In this document: positions 10,201 to 19,916 of the stretch, in pieces
Numbering within the stretch: the stretch's first letter is position 1
How the letters are laid out: each line of letters opens with the position of its first letter
IMG/VR virus record: IMGVR_UViG_3300036826_000065
Span: 1 to 54,786 of that record
Reading direction: 5' to 3' (one strand)
DNA from: a virus
Taxonomy: Duplodnaviria > Caudoviricetes
DNA length: 54,786 nt
Position numbers and translations under genes: made by a program
The notes under the pieces: model-generated
The model's input: the letters and a program-made list of their open reading frames with translations, nothing else
What the model was told of the DNA's origin: nothing
The model's database searches: none

Positions 10201-11346
10201 GGGCCGCTGATAGACGCTCTCGTTGGTCAGCGTGACCGAAGTGATGCGCGAACGCCCAAAGCCGAAGACGCCGGTTGAGTTGTCCTTCAGGCGGACGCTC
10301 GCCGGTAGCGCCACGATGCCGCCGAAGGAGCCCTTCACGCCGCGAGCGACACACGCATCGTAGTCCTTCGGACAATCGGGGAAGCTGGCCGTGCTGGGGC
10401 AGAACCGGCCCTTGTAGACCTTCCAGCACGTGCGCGAGACGGTGCGCGAGGGATAAGGAATGCCCAGTTCAAAGACGCCGTCGGAGCATTGGATGATGAA
10501 CCGGCCATCGCTGGTGAGGTTCCAGGGCCTCGCGTAGCCAGCCCAGAAGTCGATCAGGTAATTGGAATTGACGTGGAATAACTTGAACTCCACCGTGGCG
10601 CGGTAGAGGTTGATCAGGTTGGCGTACTGCGTCCAGACGTCATCGCTGTTACCGAACGTGAACGTGACCGCATCGCTGGCCTCGTTCAGCGTCTGCGTGA
10701 TCGCGGACCACTCCAGCAAGCGAGGCAGGAATAGCTGACCGTTCATGGTGACTCGCCGGTTGCTCAGATATAGCGGATCAGGCGCGACCGGACTGGGCAC
10801 AGACGCCGTTGGGACCGGCGTGCGCGGTGAGATCTTCACCAGCGGGATGAACTCCTGCACTTGCGCCTGAAGCGCCGGAGTTAGTGTCGCATCGGGGAAT
10901 CGCGTCACGCGCTGGGAAGCGCTGAACGTGTAGTTCGCCGTCGTCGTGGAAACCTCGATGAGCGTAATGCCGGGGTCGTTGCAGAGCATCGCGTAGAGAT
11001 GGTCGAAGGTGATCGAGGGGTTCTCGTAGCGGCACACCACGACCTCGGAGCCGCCGGGAAACTGATGCGTGTAATTGAACTGCGCGTACTGCCCTTGTGC
11101 TTGTTGGAAGTGGACCTTGAGCGCGTTGTACTCGTTGCAGGCGAGCCCGCGTGAGCGCACCACGCGGAACCGGCGTGCGCCGTTGCCCAGGAGGTAGCGT
11201 TGCTCCTGGTTGAGCCCCGGCTGGTCGAAGGTATGGATCGCAATCGGAGGCGTCCAGTCGAAGCCGCTGGCGTATTCGCCGGTAAGCGGAAAGTCTCCGA
11301 TGACGTGCGGATCAGGAATCGCAATCGGACCCAGGGAGTCGCTCAC
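7294..11346 (-). CDS. tail tip / baseplate hub protein
   Basis: 1350 aa after the distal tail gene; Cys cluster RTCWKVY...CP...CPKDYDAC..RG...FGG typical of tail-tip proteins. Confidence 0.75.
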   Translation of the reverse strand: MSDSLGPIAIPDPHVIGDFPLTGEYASGFDWTPPIAIHTFDQPGLNQEQRYLLGNGARRFRVVRSRGLACNEYNALKVHFQQAQGQYAQFNYTHQFPGGSEVVVCRYENPSITFDHLYAMLCNDPGITLIEVSTTTANYTFSASQRVTRFPDATLTPALQAQVQEFIPLVKISPRTPVPTASVPSPVAPDPLYLSNRRVTMNGQLFLPRLLEWSAITQTLNEASDAVTFTFGNSDDVWTQYANLINLYRATVEFKLFHVNSNYLIDFWAGYARPWNLTSDGRFIIQCSDGVFELGIPYPSRTVSRTCWKVYKGRFCPSTASFPDCPKDYDACVARGVKGSFGGIVALPASVRLKDNSTGVFGFGRSRITSVTLTNESVYQRPIQEIWSDHEMPVVCDVAAGREESEFYSALGIVSEGPIAGYATNLLKHKLDDQPPHDPVHNGGFRGINGNDPANLTTEYFQLSSSPWGAVPAQSTYAAGVAFAEVRRTDDAGMQLKQVVDRHMTVTVVGGMYGWSWNADKTRNWQQRLSNPVWIAINVFLRGLGEKVTNDIIGTIPANEMENYFDLDAALAAAAICEEIVPSMIVPTQNESQFKFRGVLKEQKPLKDWIQEILNCCCGYYTFVNGKLWIGIRENAAVLTGQGFTRDTILYQSLQATPMAPQFNWLDGQFGDEEFAADQTQTGSGWALNTISVYDIDQAIFAGNGAAPMYTRNQMSFVGVSTKSQAARILVARLREELGGWGPTEPQNTRNMQFRTTLLAMQTKCGDIIGVQHSRLPAGASAYQKGRVQRWTLNPDFSIDIVCSGVTDSMYDFTAGPKPADVPTDPVIPEHLPSINGLAWMPNRIGPVAGDPVYTDAMERSFDLWQDYNITREGVWAPSIFVSGEMVINTFPAQVQPRILGATLVPGGTLNGPMTIYVAVGQHGPAGYTIPSLPIALWIPAGVTGQGVHLDMTPATSGSWDTWDLYAGTDRRLIGWQQSTVAPLPTSTTFNGPVHPMTHELPEQSARKVRIQAKHVWHSGVAGVVVTGVAANTIQSNDFIGSTDNWNNRILTAVADASDGSAPLWNFKVIGFNSSAGSFTVTPDPMAGDPLQPGDVLIARSQPTSWDAGGTWVEDSLWNNSVGYAQSGFRPGWAGLDPGVEVGNIFRIIRGKGAGQFRAITANTNIRITVNPPLDTPPDNTSLCIVEARDWVYFTETTDTSVMAPGVSFELRLRIENLQNMVALVGGFLVDDQGRITDEESACMREIFIFAEPPGVREIGPSANDPDVSGSTFWLARVTDQTIRVDCSTNDVPVHLLALADYQGRALYIANVKGTHNVIITPQAGDPLWDAATTITLGPLESVTITAAGD

Positions 11347-11741
11347 GACGTGTAGACCTCGCGGAGGCCGAAGCTGGCCTGGGACCGCGCCAGCGAAATC
11401 TGATCGTTGAAGCTGCCGTCGAACACCACGCAGTAACGCCCCACGGGATTCGCGCCGGTCGGATCGTAAGTGAAGCCCGGTGTCTCAAAAACGGAATAGA
11501 ACCAAAACGCCTTGGTGAGATGCGCCTTGTAGAAGTTGAAGAGCGAGGTGTATTGCGTGGGCTTTAGCCTCTGCGTCATGCGGAAAAAGTGGCGCGGGTT
11601 CGACATGAGCGCGGCGCGATCCGAACTGCCGTCCATGTAGGAATCGACATATGCCTCGTAGCGCAGTTCCTCTGTGAAAGCCGCGCAAAGCGCCCACGGC
11701 ATGACTTCGGTCGGCGCCCCTGGACCCACATTACCCGGCAA
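11343..11741 (-). CDS. distal tail protein (DUF2460/gpM-like)
   Basis: Position after the TMP; FNFYKAH..KAFWF motif and LREV end. Confidence 0.6.
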   Translation of the reverse strand: MPGNVGPGAPTEVMPWALCAAFTEELRYEAYVDSYMDGSSDRAALMSNPRHFFRMTQRLKPTQYTSLFNFYKAHLTKAFWFYSVFETPGFTYDPTGANPVGRYCVVFDGSFNDQISLARSQASFGLREVYTS

Positions 11742-11809
11742 ATTGCAACCTCCCCATGGGGTGAAATGCTATTGACCGGCTGCGCGGGCGCGTGATGCGA
11801 TGAGAAGTT

Positions 11810-12274
11810 ATGCGTGTGCTCTTCTTTACTGCCATCGCCGCTGTCTGCATCTGGTTGGTCTTCTTTGTTCCTACTGAGAAATCAGGGACGGCGGCGTCAT
11901 CCGAAACAGTTGAGACGCGGAGGCCCCTTGTTCTGCCGGACGACCGTCCGGCGCCCGTAACAAGGCGAGGTCTGGTTGGCCGTAGGTTCAAGATAAAAAC
12001 GGTCTGGATTGGCCCTGGCGATGCAAACGACGCCGACCAAAAACTAAAGATCGTTGTGATCATGGTCGGCATGCGCGAGGGAGGCCGTTCGGCGGATAAA
12101 GCCTGGGATAATTTGATGAAGATGGTATTGCTGGGCGAAGCCGGATACGCGCTAAACAACCACACACTCCAAGTAATACAGCAGGTTGGTGATGCCTGCC
12201 GGTTTGAAAACCTCGCCACCGGTCCCATCAACCGTGGCTGGATACCTTGCGGGAAACTCATCTCGTTACCGTGA
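11810..12274 (+). CDS. membrane-anchored protein on the opposite strand (moron-like)
   Basis: N-terminal hydrophobic helix VLFFTAIAAVCIWLVFFV; fills the gap between the TMP and distal tail genes. Confidence 0.6.
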   Translation: MRVLFFTAIAAVCIWLVFFVPTEKSGTAASSETVETRRPLVLPDDRPAPVTRRGLVGRRFKIKTVWIGPGDANDADQKLKIVVIMVGMREGGRSADKAWDNLMKMVLLGEAGYALNNHTLQVIQQVGDACRFENLATGPINRGWIPCGKLISLP

Positions 12275-15200
12275 GCGGCTCCAGCAATGCGCTGGACTGC
12301 CGTGTCCTGTTCGTTCCCGTCACCGCCGCCGTTGTGTTCGCCGCGCCGATAGCGCCTGGGTTGCTGGCGATGGCGTTCACGACTCGGCCTTCCAGCAATG
12401 CGTTCGCTTGCCCAGGATTCAATTGCAGATACAGTGGCGGCTGCGGCGTGAGCGCTTGCGCGTACTGAGTCGTGGTCGCACCCGTGTATGGGCTCGCGAC
12501 CAATTGCCCACTGCTGTAGACCGGCTGCAATTGCAAGCCCCCGGTCGCACTCTGCGCGAAGGTCGCCGGATACATCGGTCGCGGGAGTGCAGCGTGCGTC
12601 TGGCCGGATGAGATGGCGTAAGCGCGGACGATCTCCTGCACTTCGGTTGAGTAGATGCCAGTGCTGATTTTGCCGCCGTACTTCTGGTTGATGATATCCG
12701 CGATACTTTGCAACACGCCCTGGTCTGGAATGATCACGTGATACGCCTGGAAGATTCTGTCGCGGACCTGCGAGAGGAAACCTGGGACAAGCATGCGGAT
12801 GGTTCCGGCAACCGCTCCGGCGGCTGCGCCGACAGCGGCTCCGATCAATGTGCCCACGCCGGGAATGATGGAGCCGATGGTTGCGCCCAGCATTGCTCCA
12901 CCCAGAATTGAGGAGCCCAGGCCGGTCACGCCTCCGCGCTTCATGCCGAATGCGATCAGCCCCGCGCCGGTTCCGGCGATGGCGCCCTTGCCCATTCCGA
13001 AGCCCAGGCCGGGAAGATTCTTGGCGATCTGCGAGCCAACGCTCGCGCCCAGCAGTGCGCCGCCGATGGCCGTCTGCGTCAACTGCCCCGCTCCGGTCTT
13101 GGCGCCCAGTCCGCCCATGATTAACGCGCCGCCCGCCAGGGCCATGATGTTAGCCATGCCGGTGGATTTCAGGATGGCGCCAGCCTTCTGCCAGATCGTC
13201 GCTTGCGACCAATCGACACCGCCGATTGGCTTCCCAATGTCGAAGCTGCCCTTGATCCCAGACCATACCTTCTTCAGCGAGCCCAGGAAGCCGCCTAGGC
13301 GCGACGTGCGTGCCCCCAGGATGGATGGTCCCGCTGAAGTCGCGTAGACCGATGGCAACGACCGTGTCGGCAGGTTCGCGATCTGATCGTTCGCCGTATA
13401 GATACCGCTGGTGCTCAGAAGCGACGGCAACGCCCGTGTCGGTAGATCGCCAAACGTTTCCTCGATCATGCGCTGGGCGTCACCTTGGGCGGCGCCGCCG
13501 ATGCCCCCAGGTCCCGCGAGCATACCTGGACCGCCGGGAGTGTAGCCGCCCGCGAGCATTTGCCGATTCGCCGCAGCCGCCAGCCCGCTAGCCGCCATAG
13601 CCAAGTCTTGCCCTGCCTGGATCAGGAGGACGGCGCTGAAGTTCAGGTTAGTGCTGGCATTCTCCAGCCCTTGAAAGGCCGGTATGGGCGCCTTGCTGCC
13701 CTCAAAGTAAGGCCTTCGCCCCAGCAGCCGATCCAGCCAGGACCCGGTAAACTCCACATGACCGCCGCCGAATGTCTCTTGCAGAGTTCCGGCGATCCGC
13801 GACGTGACGAAACCTTTCAGCGCATTGGTGAACGCGCCCTTGATGGCGTTACCGATGTTCTGCCAGACCGAATGCGTGCGATCCGTCAGCGCATTCCAGA
13901 ACTGATCAGTGAAGGAGAGCAGATCGCCGTACATGTCGCGCTGGCTTTGCAGGATCGCGTCATCGGTCGCTTTCCACGCCGCAAAACGCGCCTCCTGGGT
14001 ACGCTGACTGCTCTGAATATCCAGCGCTTCGTTCTGGCGCCGTGTCGTGGACCGCATTTCATCTACGACCGTTTCCGCATCTTTGTGCTTGGCCGCATAC
14101 TCCTCCAGGTATGCGTTGTTGGCGTCCTTCTGAATTTGGGTCTGCTTTTTGATGAACTCGATTTGTTCATCTTGAATGTTCTGGATCTGCTGCACCCGCT
14201 CTTGCAGGTTTCGGGGTCGCTGAAGCTCCAGCTTCGCCACGTTATAAGCGGACGCCCGCGCCAGACTCTGAATAGTGAGGTTGGCCTCCTCCTCGATGCG
14301 CTTCTTGGCGAACTCCAGCATGAGAGCCTGGGACTCTCGTTCTGTATCTACGCGATGTCTGGCGATGATGCGGTCATATCGGGCGGCGATATCGGCTTTG
14401 TCCTGGTTGCCTTCGGCGTAGATCCTGACGCTCTCGGCGTTCATTTCCTTGTATGCCTGGGCGATTTGGGCATTGGTCATCTTGCTGGTATCAAGCTCGA
14501 TCAGCCTCGCGTTGAATGCGCCTTCCGCAGCCGCAGCAGTGCGAACATCAATCTTGTCCTGCTCCACTTGCTTGACGGCGTTCAGATCGTCTTCATATGC
14601 CTGGGCCCTCGCTTCCGCGATCTTCTGCTTACCGGCGAATGTTTCGTCGCCGTAAATCAGTTCGGCCTGAGAGATCGCCAATTGCCGACCGGCGCGGGCC
14701 ATCTCCTCCGCGTTCTTGAGAGCTTCCTTTTTTCGTTCCTCCTCCAGCTTTTTCAACTCGGTATCGATCCTGATACCCAGCCTTATGCGGTATTGCGCGA
14801 TGGCCTCATCGTTTTTTTCTACCTTGCTGACGTCAGCCTGGAATTCCAGCGGCAACGCCTGGATAGGCTCCTTGCCGACTCGCGCCAGTTCTGCTCGCGC
14901 TTCCAATACGGCGCGTTTGGCCTCCTCCACCTGTTGCTTCATCTTTTCGGAGTTGAACCTCGCCCGCAGTTCGCGCTGGAGCCGTTCCTCCTCCGTCTCT
15001 CCGGCTGGCGCCGCCGCACCCGCCCCGGCTGGCGCTTTGGCTCTTTCGCGCCGTATCTCCTCGCGAGCTTGCGCCGCCGCACTCTCGCCATATACGCCGG
15101 TAACGAACGAGCCGATGAGTCCGGTAACGAGGCCTTGCCCAGGTCCTCCTCCCTGGCCGAAGCCCATCATCGCGCCGGTCTTCGCCGCTTCCCTGGCCGC

Positions 15201-16739
15201 ACTACTCGTGATGTAGCTGTAGATGCCGCCGACTACCAACGCGACCACCCCAGCCGTCAGTGCTCCGATCCAGCCCGCGCTCAGTCCTCCTGCTCCGATT
15301 GCCGTGCCGGTGATTCCGGCGACTTCGCCGCCGCCAGCGGCTGCGAGCCCTTCCAGCGACAGCGTCCCAGGATTCATGAGCGTTGTGATCCTGCCGCCGC
15401 CGAACATCCGGCTGAACCATGTGCCAATCTGCGATCCAGCCGCGCCTCCGGCGACGGCGCCGCCGATGCCCAATCCTCCTCCGGCTACGGCTGCGCCGCC
15501 CCCTACTGCGCTTCCAGCTACGGCGGCTGCACCACCGGCTCTCGCGGCTGCGACTCCTGCGGCGGCTGCGGCCTCGCCACTCGCCGCTCCAGCGCTGGCG
15601 GCGGCTGCACCAGCCTCGGCTGCGGCTGCGCCGGTTTTGACGGCGGCTTTGCCGACCTCCAGCGTGAGCGTGCCCAGCGTCGTGATTTCCGCCGCGCCCG
15701 CGCCGATGCCGATTGCCGCGCCCACGCCCGCCCGCAGTGCGCCGAAGAAACCCCTGAATCCGGCGAAGCCGAATGTCAGTAACTTGACGAACGAGCCAAT
15801 GCTGAAGATCACGCCCGCGAGTGCGGTCATGTAGAACAGAGCATCCTTGACCGCTTGCGGCAACCTGCCCAGGGCCTTGATGAGATCATCCAGAGTGCCC
15901 ACTAATAGGATCAGGAAATCGAGCGTCTTACTCAGCGAAGGCCCGAAACCTTTATCGAAGCTCTGCGCCAGCGCACCAGTCGTTGTCTTGAGGACGTTTT
16001 CCTTGCGCTCCAGATCTTCAATAGCCGCCGCAGCCGCCGCGCCGTGCGTCTCCATACCCGCCAATGTGGTTACGGCTGCGACGAATTCGGGACCGGAGAA
16101 CGGCTTGAGAAACTTCTCTGTTCCGAAACGGTCCAGGCCTTTCGTCTCCATGAGCTTGGCGAACACCGGCAATCCAGTCTCCGTAGCCAGACTTACCAGG
16201 GCTTTCATGGTGACGCCTGGACGCGCCATCGCCTTCGCCAGGAGATCGAAAACCTTCGGCAGTTCGTTGACGGACACGCCGACCTTGGCAAGCTGGTTGT
16301 TCCAGTTTTCAAAGATCCTGGGCAACTCCTTCATCGGGACGCCCTGTTGGACTAGCCTCTGAAGACCGGTCACCGCCTCATCGAAATTGACGCCAGTCGC
16401 CAGCGCCATCTCGTGGAGTTGCTTGAAGACTTCGCCGCCGCCCTCGGCCATGTTCTGAAACCCGCGCTGGATGCGGTTCAACTGATCGCCCAGGCCGATC
16501 ATCTCCTTCACGGCTTTGGCTACGCCCAGGGCGGCGAAGGCATTCGCCATGCGCCCCAGGTCGTTAGTCACGCCTTCGACGGAAATGCCAATGGAGTTGA
16601 TGCCCTTGCTGGCTTGCTCACCGGCCTTCTCGCCGGTCGGCCCCAGGGCGCCCATTTGCTTGTTGAGCTTGTCGATATCCTGGGACGCACTTTGGGAGTT
16701 GAAATCGACCTGGAGATAGATGCGGTTGGTAGCGGGCAT
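12258..16739 (-). CDS. tape measure protein
   Basis: 1493 aa, Ala/Gly-rich, with coiled-coil and hydrophobic segments; follows the chaperone pair. Confidence 0.9.
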   Translation of the reverse strand: MPATNRIYLQVDFNSQSASQDIDKLNKQMGALGPTGEKAGEQASKGINSIGISVEGVTNDLGRMANAFAALGVAKAVKEMIGLGDQLNRIQRGFQNMAEGGGEVFKQLHEMALATGVNFDEAVTGLQRLVQQGVPMKELPRIFENWNNQLAKVGVSVNELPKVFDLLAKAMARPGVTMKALVSLATETGLPVFAKLMETKGLDRFGTEKFLKPFSGPEFVAAVTTLAGMETHGAAAAAAIEDLERKENVLKTTTGALAQSFDKGFGPSLSKTLDFLILLVGTLDDLIKALGRLPQAVKDALFYMTALAGVIFSIGSFVKLLTFGFAGFRGFFGALRAGVGAAIGIGAGAAEITTLGTLTLEVGKAAVKTGAAAAEAGAAAASAGAASGEAAAAAGVAAARAGGAAAVAGSAVGGGAAVAGGGLGIGGAVAGGAAGSQIGTWFSRMFGGGRITTLMNPGTLSLEGLAAAGGGEVAGITGTAIGAGGLSAGWIGALTAGVVALVVGGIYSYITSSAAREAAKTGAMMGFGQGGGPGQGLVTGLIGSFVTGVYGESAAAQAREEIRRERAKAPAGAGAAAPAGETEEERLQRELRARFNSEKMKQQVEEAKRAVLEARAELARVGKEPIQALPLEFQADVSKVEKNDEAIAQYRIRLGIRIDTELKKLEEERKKEALKNAEEMARAGRQLAISQAELIYGDETFAGKQKIAEARAQAYEDDLNAVKQVEQDKIDVRTAAAAEGAFNARLIELDTSKMTNAQIAQAYKEMNAESVRIYAEGNQDKADIAARYDRIIARHRVDTERESQALMLEFAKKRIEEEANLTIQSLARASAYNVAKLELQRPRNLQERVQQIQNIQDEQIEFIKKQTQIQKDANNAYLEEYAAKHKDAETVVDEMRSTTRRQNEALDIQSSQRTQEARFAAWKATDDAILQSQRDMYGDLLSFTDQFWNALTDRTHSVWQNIGNAIKGAFTNALKGFVTSRIAGTLQETFGGGHVEFTGSWLDRLLGRRPYFEGSKAPIPAFQGLENASTNLNFSAVLLIQAGQDLAMAASGLAAAANRQMLAGGYTPGGPGMLAGPGGIGGAAQGDAQRMIEETFGDLPTRALPSLLSTSGIYTANDQIANLPTRSLPSVYATSAGPSILGARTSRLGGFLGSLKKVWSGIKGSFDIGKPIGGVDWSQATIWQKAGAILKSTGMANIMALAGGALIMGGLGAKTGAGQLTQTAIGGALLGASVGSQIAKNLPGLGFGMGKGAIAGTGAGLIAFGMKRGGVTGLGSSILGGAMLGATIGSIIPGVGTLIGAAVGAAAGAVAGTIRMLVPGFLSQVRDRIFQAYHVIIPDQGVLQSIADIINQKYGGKISTGIYSTEVQEIVRAYAISSGQTHAALPRPMYPATFAQSATGGLQLQPVYSSGQLVASPYTGATTTQYAQALTPQPPLYLQLNPGQANALLEGRVVNAIASNPGAIGAANTTAAVTGTNRTRQSSALLEPLTVTR

Positions 16740-17099
16740 TTACTTTCCTCTGGCCTTTTTCATCTCCTCGGTCTGATATCGGTCCCGCTCTTCCACGAGT
16801 TGCCGCAGCAGAACGAAACTCGGATAGGGAATTTCGGCCAGCGTGACCGCGACACCCGCCTGGAGAGCGAAATCAAGGTCAAGGACTGACGCCAGGAGTG
16901 CTGCGACTGGAGAGGCCAAATATTCGGACAGGAGTTGTTGCGGACACAACGCGCACGGCAGGACTCCGTCCTCCGGCTCCGGGTTCTCCATCAACACTTC
17001 CGGGCACAGCTTCGGGCTGGGACACAGATCCTTCTGGCGCAAGAGCCGGTGAAAGATAAAGCGAGGCGAGGGCGATTCCGGCCAGTCCCCGCCGACTAA
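16740..17099 (-). CDS. tail assembly chaperone C-terminal extension (gpT-like), reached by -1 frameshift
   Basis: -1 frame is open from the slippery heptamer A AAT TTT (17105-17099) to the stop at 16740. Confidence 0.75.
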   Translation of the reverse strand, partial: LVGGDWPESPSPRFIFHRLLRQKDLCPSPKLCPEVLMENPEPEDGVLPCALCPQQLLSEYLASPVAALLASVLDLDFALQAGVAVTLAEIPYPSFVLLRQLVEERDRYQTEEMKKARGK

Positions 17100-17707
17100 A
17101 AATTTGCGTCATCGGCGCGAGGTCCAACGGAGCGGTCGATGAAGTCGATCACCGCTCGCACTACGGCGTCCTTGTGAGGACCCGGTATCCCTTTCGGGTA
17201 GTCGTCGCTCTTGCCGCCGCACTGGTCGTACAGCCATGCACCGGCCTCCGGCGTGGTAACCAGCAACTGCTGATTGAACGGCATGTCCAGCATGCGGAAC
17301 GCCGTGCGGCGGAACTTCACGACCTGATCCGCGCTGGGCAGCTTTAGGTGATGCTTCACGCGACCGTTGAGGATGATCGCCTCCACGTCGGCCTCGTTGC
17401 CCTCAAGCTCTACGCCGATCACGTCGCACGTACCGATGCTTTCCAGAACCTTCTGGGCTTCTGCGGGCGTCATGGCCGGTGCGCCGTTGATGGCGATAGC
17501 CTGATACAGCTTGACCTCCGCTTCGCCGGGTTCCGGCAGGATGGTTTCGCTGATGCCGCGCCCCAGGCGCCGGATCACGATCTTCCTGGCCTTCGCCCTG
17601 GTGATCCATTCAGCGTCGGTCGGAAAGCGCAGTACGACCTCTTGCGACTCCCCGCCGGTCGAAGCGACTCGCGCTTCAAATGCAATTTCCGAAGTAACAT
17701 CGAACAT
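17096..17707 (-). CDS. tail assembly chaperone (gpG-like)
   Basis: Between tail tube and TMP; ends GCA AAT TTT TAG. Confidence 0.75.
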   Translation of the reverse strand: MFDVTSEIAFEARVASTGGESQEVVLRFPTDAEWITRAKARKIVIRRLGRGISETILPEPGEAEVKLYQAIAINGAPAMTPAEAQKVLESIGTCDVIGVELEGNEADVEAIILNGRVKHHLKLPSADQVVKFRRTAFRMLDMPFNQQLLVTTPEAGAWLYDQCGGKSDDYPKGIPGPHKDAVVRAVIDFIDRSVGPRADDANF

Positions 17708-17866
17708 TCAGGTCCTCACATTGGTGATGAGAAAAACGATGGTGAGCAGGGCAAGCCCCGCCGACTGCCAATTAATCGGTCGCGCAGTTGGGGCCTGCAC
17801 CTGGACCGTACCGGCCAGGAAGCAGAGCAATGCGGCGACGAGCAGCAGAATTGTGAGTATCGGCAT
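17708..17866 (-). CDS. 52-aa two-TM membrane protein (not in the ORF track)
   Basis: MPILTILLLVAALLCFLAG...AGLALLTIVFLITNVRT; AAGGAGG SD; exactly fills the intergenic gap. Confidence 0.7.
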   Translation of the reverse strand: MPILTILLLVAALLCFLAGTVQVQAPTARPINWQSAGLALLTIVFLITNVRT

Positions 17867-17875
17867 ATGCCCTCC

Positions 17876-18988
17876 TTACAGCGCCAGGATGGCGTCCTTA
17901 TCGGTCGTCGCGGAGAACGTGACATAGGCGCCGGTCGTGGGCTTCAGCGGCGTCACCGTGCAATTGACGGTAACGATGCCGTCGGCCTCGCCGTTGGTCA
18001 CTGCGCTGAAAACCGCACGCGGGAAGTTGACCGTGAACTTATGCGTGTCCGGTCCCGCGCCGATGATCGCGCCGGTCACCGTGACAGTCACCGGCCCTTC
18101 GGTCTGCGGTGAAGACACGAGAGCGTTGTACTCTGCGGAGCCCTTGGATGCGCGAGCGACGAACGTTAACGCGCACTCGCGATCTCCGTACTCCATGCGC
18201 CCGCGCACGGCGTAACCCTGGTAAGTACCGCTACCTGGGAAGTAACCGCTGGGCAGACGCACGTTGTTGTTCCAGCGAAGCTCCAGCGAGATGAAGCTCT
18301 GCTGGAGCACGTAGTCGATGCCGACAATGCTGATCGTTGCGCTCGCCGCGTTGAGAAAGTTTTCCTTGGTCACTGGAGGCCAGGGCGTGATAGCCGAAGG
18401 CGATGCCATCTTGCCGGTCCCCACGCAGTTGACGCTGATGGTGCAGTTGGCGCGTCCTGGGCCACTCTGCATCGTGAGCGTCCAGTCGTTGACGACGAAG
18501 CCGATACCGGCGCGATCAATGACGGAGTCCGGCGGCGTGCGGATCTGCTCCGCGAAGGTGAACGGCGGCAAGTTGATGCACTGCACGACCGGGTCGCTGG
18601 GAGTCGCCGCATAAGTGAAGCCGGTGCCCGCCGCTGTCTTAGTCGCATTGCCGGTCGTAAAGCAGAACAACCACGCCATGAACTGCGACGAGACATACTT
18701 CTCGATGGTCACGGCGGCGTCGATGTTAGAAGGGAAAGTCTGCGTCGGAAACTCGTCGCCCTTACCGATATCCATCGCATCGGTTTCGTTAATCGGGTTG
18801 ACGACCATCAACGCCGGGTTGGTCTTAGTAAGTGACCAGACCTCCGCTGGCAGGTTCTCGGTTTGAACGGCGGATTGCGGCTTGAAGCCGAAGGCGATTT
18901 TCGTCTCGCGCACATTGGCGGGACAACTGGTCGGTCCCGCCATCGGCGTCACGGTATCAACGGGTGGATCTACAACGGTTGTGCCCAT
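17876..18988 (-). CDS. major tail tube protein
   Basis: 370 aa, beta-rich and T/V/G-rich; position before the chaperones. Confidence 0.75.
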   Translation of the reverse strand: MGTTVVDPPVDTVTPMAGPTSCPANVRETKIAFGFKPQSAVQTENLPAEVWSLTKTNPALMVVNPINETDAMDIGKGDEFPTQTFPSNIDAAVTIEKYVSSQFMAWLFCFTTGNATKTAAGTGFTYAATPSDPVVQCINLPPFTFAEQIRTPPDSVIDRAGIGFVVNDWTLTMQSGPGRANCTISVNCVGTGKMASPSAITPWPPVTKENFLNAASATISIVGIDYVLQQSFISLELRWNNNVRLPSGYFPGSGTYQGYAVRGRMEYGDRECALTFVARASKGSAEYNALVSSPQTEGPVTVTVTGAIIGAGPDTHKFTVNFPRAVFSAVTNGEADGIVTVNCTVTPLKPTTGAYVTFSATTDKDAILAL

Positions 18989-18991
18989 GTG

Positions 18992-19447
18992 TTACGCATC
19001 TCCTGATTCTTTGATTTCAGTTCGTATGTAGAGGTAATCGATTCCCTCTGTATCCTGCGTCCAACCCAGTTCCTTGAGAGTCGCCGGTAAGACGCCGTCC
19101 ATGACCGGGCAATACCGCCAGCGCAACCCGTCGCCCGGTACGGGAATGCCGTTCACGATGAGATCTCCGATATCCAGCGGGCTTGCGCCCTTGTCGGCGC
19201 GGACGAACATCATCAGCGTGTGCAGCCACGCCTCCATCTCGCCTTCGGTGATAGTGGTGTCGTCCCAATAGACCATCACGGTCCCTGGGGCTTGCTGGTA
19301 GATCGCCCGCGCACGGGAATTCATCATCGGGTTTTCGTCCACGTACCCGAAGATATTGGTGGCGTCGTTCTTCAGAGCCGCCACTAATGGCGGAATCTTC
19401 TGGAGCGTGCTCACTACCGCATTAATAAGGCTTCGCCTGGACACCAC
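18992..19447 (-). CDS. tail terminator/completion-like protein
   Basis: Size and synteny. Confidence 0.55.
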   Translation of the reverse strand: MVSRRSLINAVVSTLQKIPPLVAALKNDATNIFGYVDENPMMNSRARAIYQQAPGTVMVYWDDTTITEGEMEAWLHTLMMFVRADKGASPLDIGDLIVNGIPVPGDGLRWRYCPVMDGVLPATLKELGWTQDTEGIDYLYIRTEIKESGDA

Positions 19448-19916
19448 TTAGCTGCACCCATGCATGCTTTAAATAGATTCCGTACTGCTCGTTCGCCGCC
19501 GTGAACACTTCCACCTGATCGCTTGCCGCGAAGCCGATCATCTCCGCGTAGCCCTGGGCGCGGCGAGCGTGATCTCGAGCCGTTTTGCTCGTGTTCTCGG
19601 CGCGGATGGTATTCTGCGCGGCCTTGCGCAGCCCGAAGTTCTTGATCAGAAGTCCGGTCATCTTGTTGTCGCGCACCGGCCTCACGTGGAACTTTTTCTG
19701 CTTGATGATGGCGTACCTGGGCGTAAGCTTCGGCGCCGGATTGCCGTAAGCGTCTACGGCCTTCGACCAGCGTTCAAACTGCTTCGCCACCATCGAATCA
19801 CCGATGGTCTTGAGTTGCGGGTCGCTCAGATTCGGTTGTTTGAACCGGCCTCCGCGCACGCGCACCTTGACGTAGTTGCGATAGCTGCTGGCCGCTTCCC
19901 CGAAGTCGAAGGGCAT
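19422..19916 (-). CDS. neck/virion morphogenesis protein
   Basis: Probable start MPFDFGEA coupled to the upstream stop; basic; synteny. Confidence 0.55.
   Translation of the reverse strand: MPFDFGEAASSYRNYVKVRVRGGRFKQPNLSDPQLKTIGDSMVAKQFERWSKAVDAYGNPAPKLTPRYAIIKQKKFHVRPVRDNKMTGLLIKNFGLRKAAQNTIRAENTSKTARDHARRAQGYAEMIGFAASDQVEVFTAANEQYGIYLKHAWVQLSGVQAKPY

Noticed and set aside
13485-15782. 765-aa plus-strand ORF and similar long antisense ORFs
   Set aside because: These are shadow frames of GC-rich minus-strand genes
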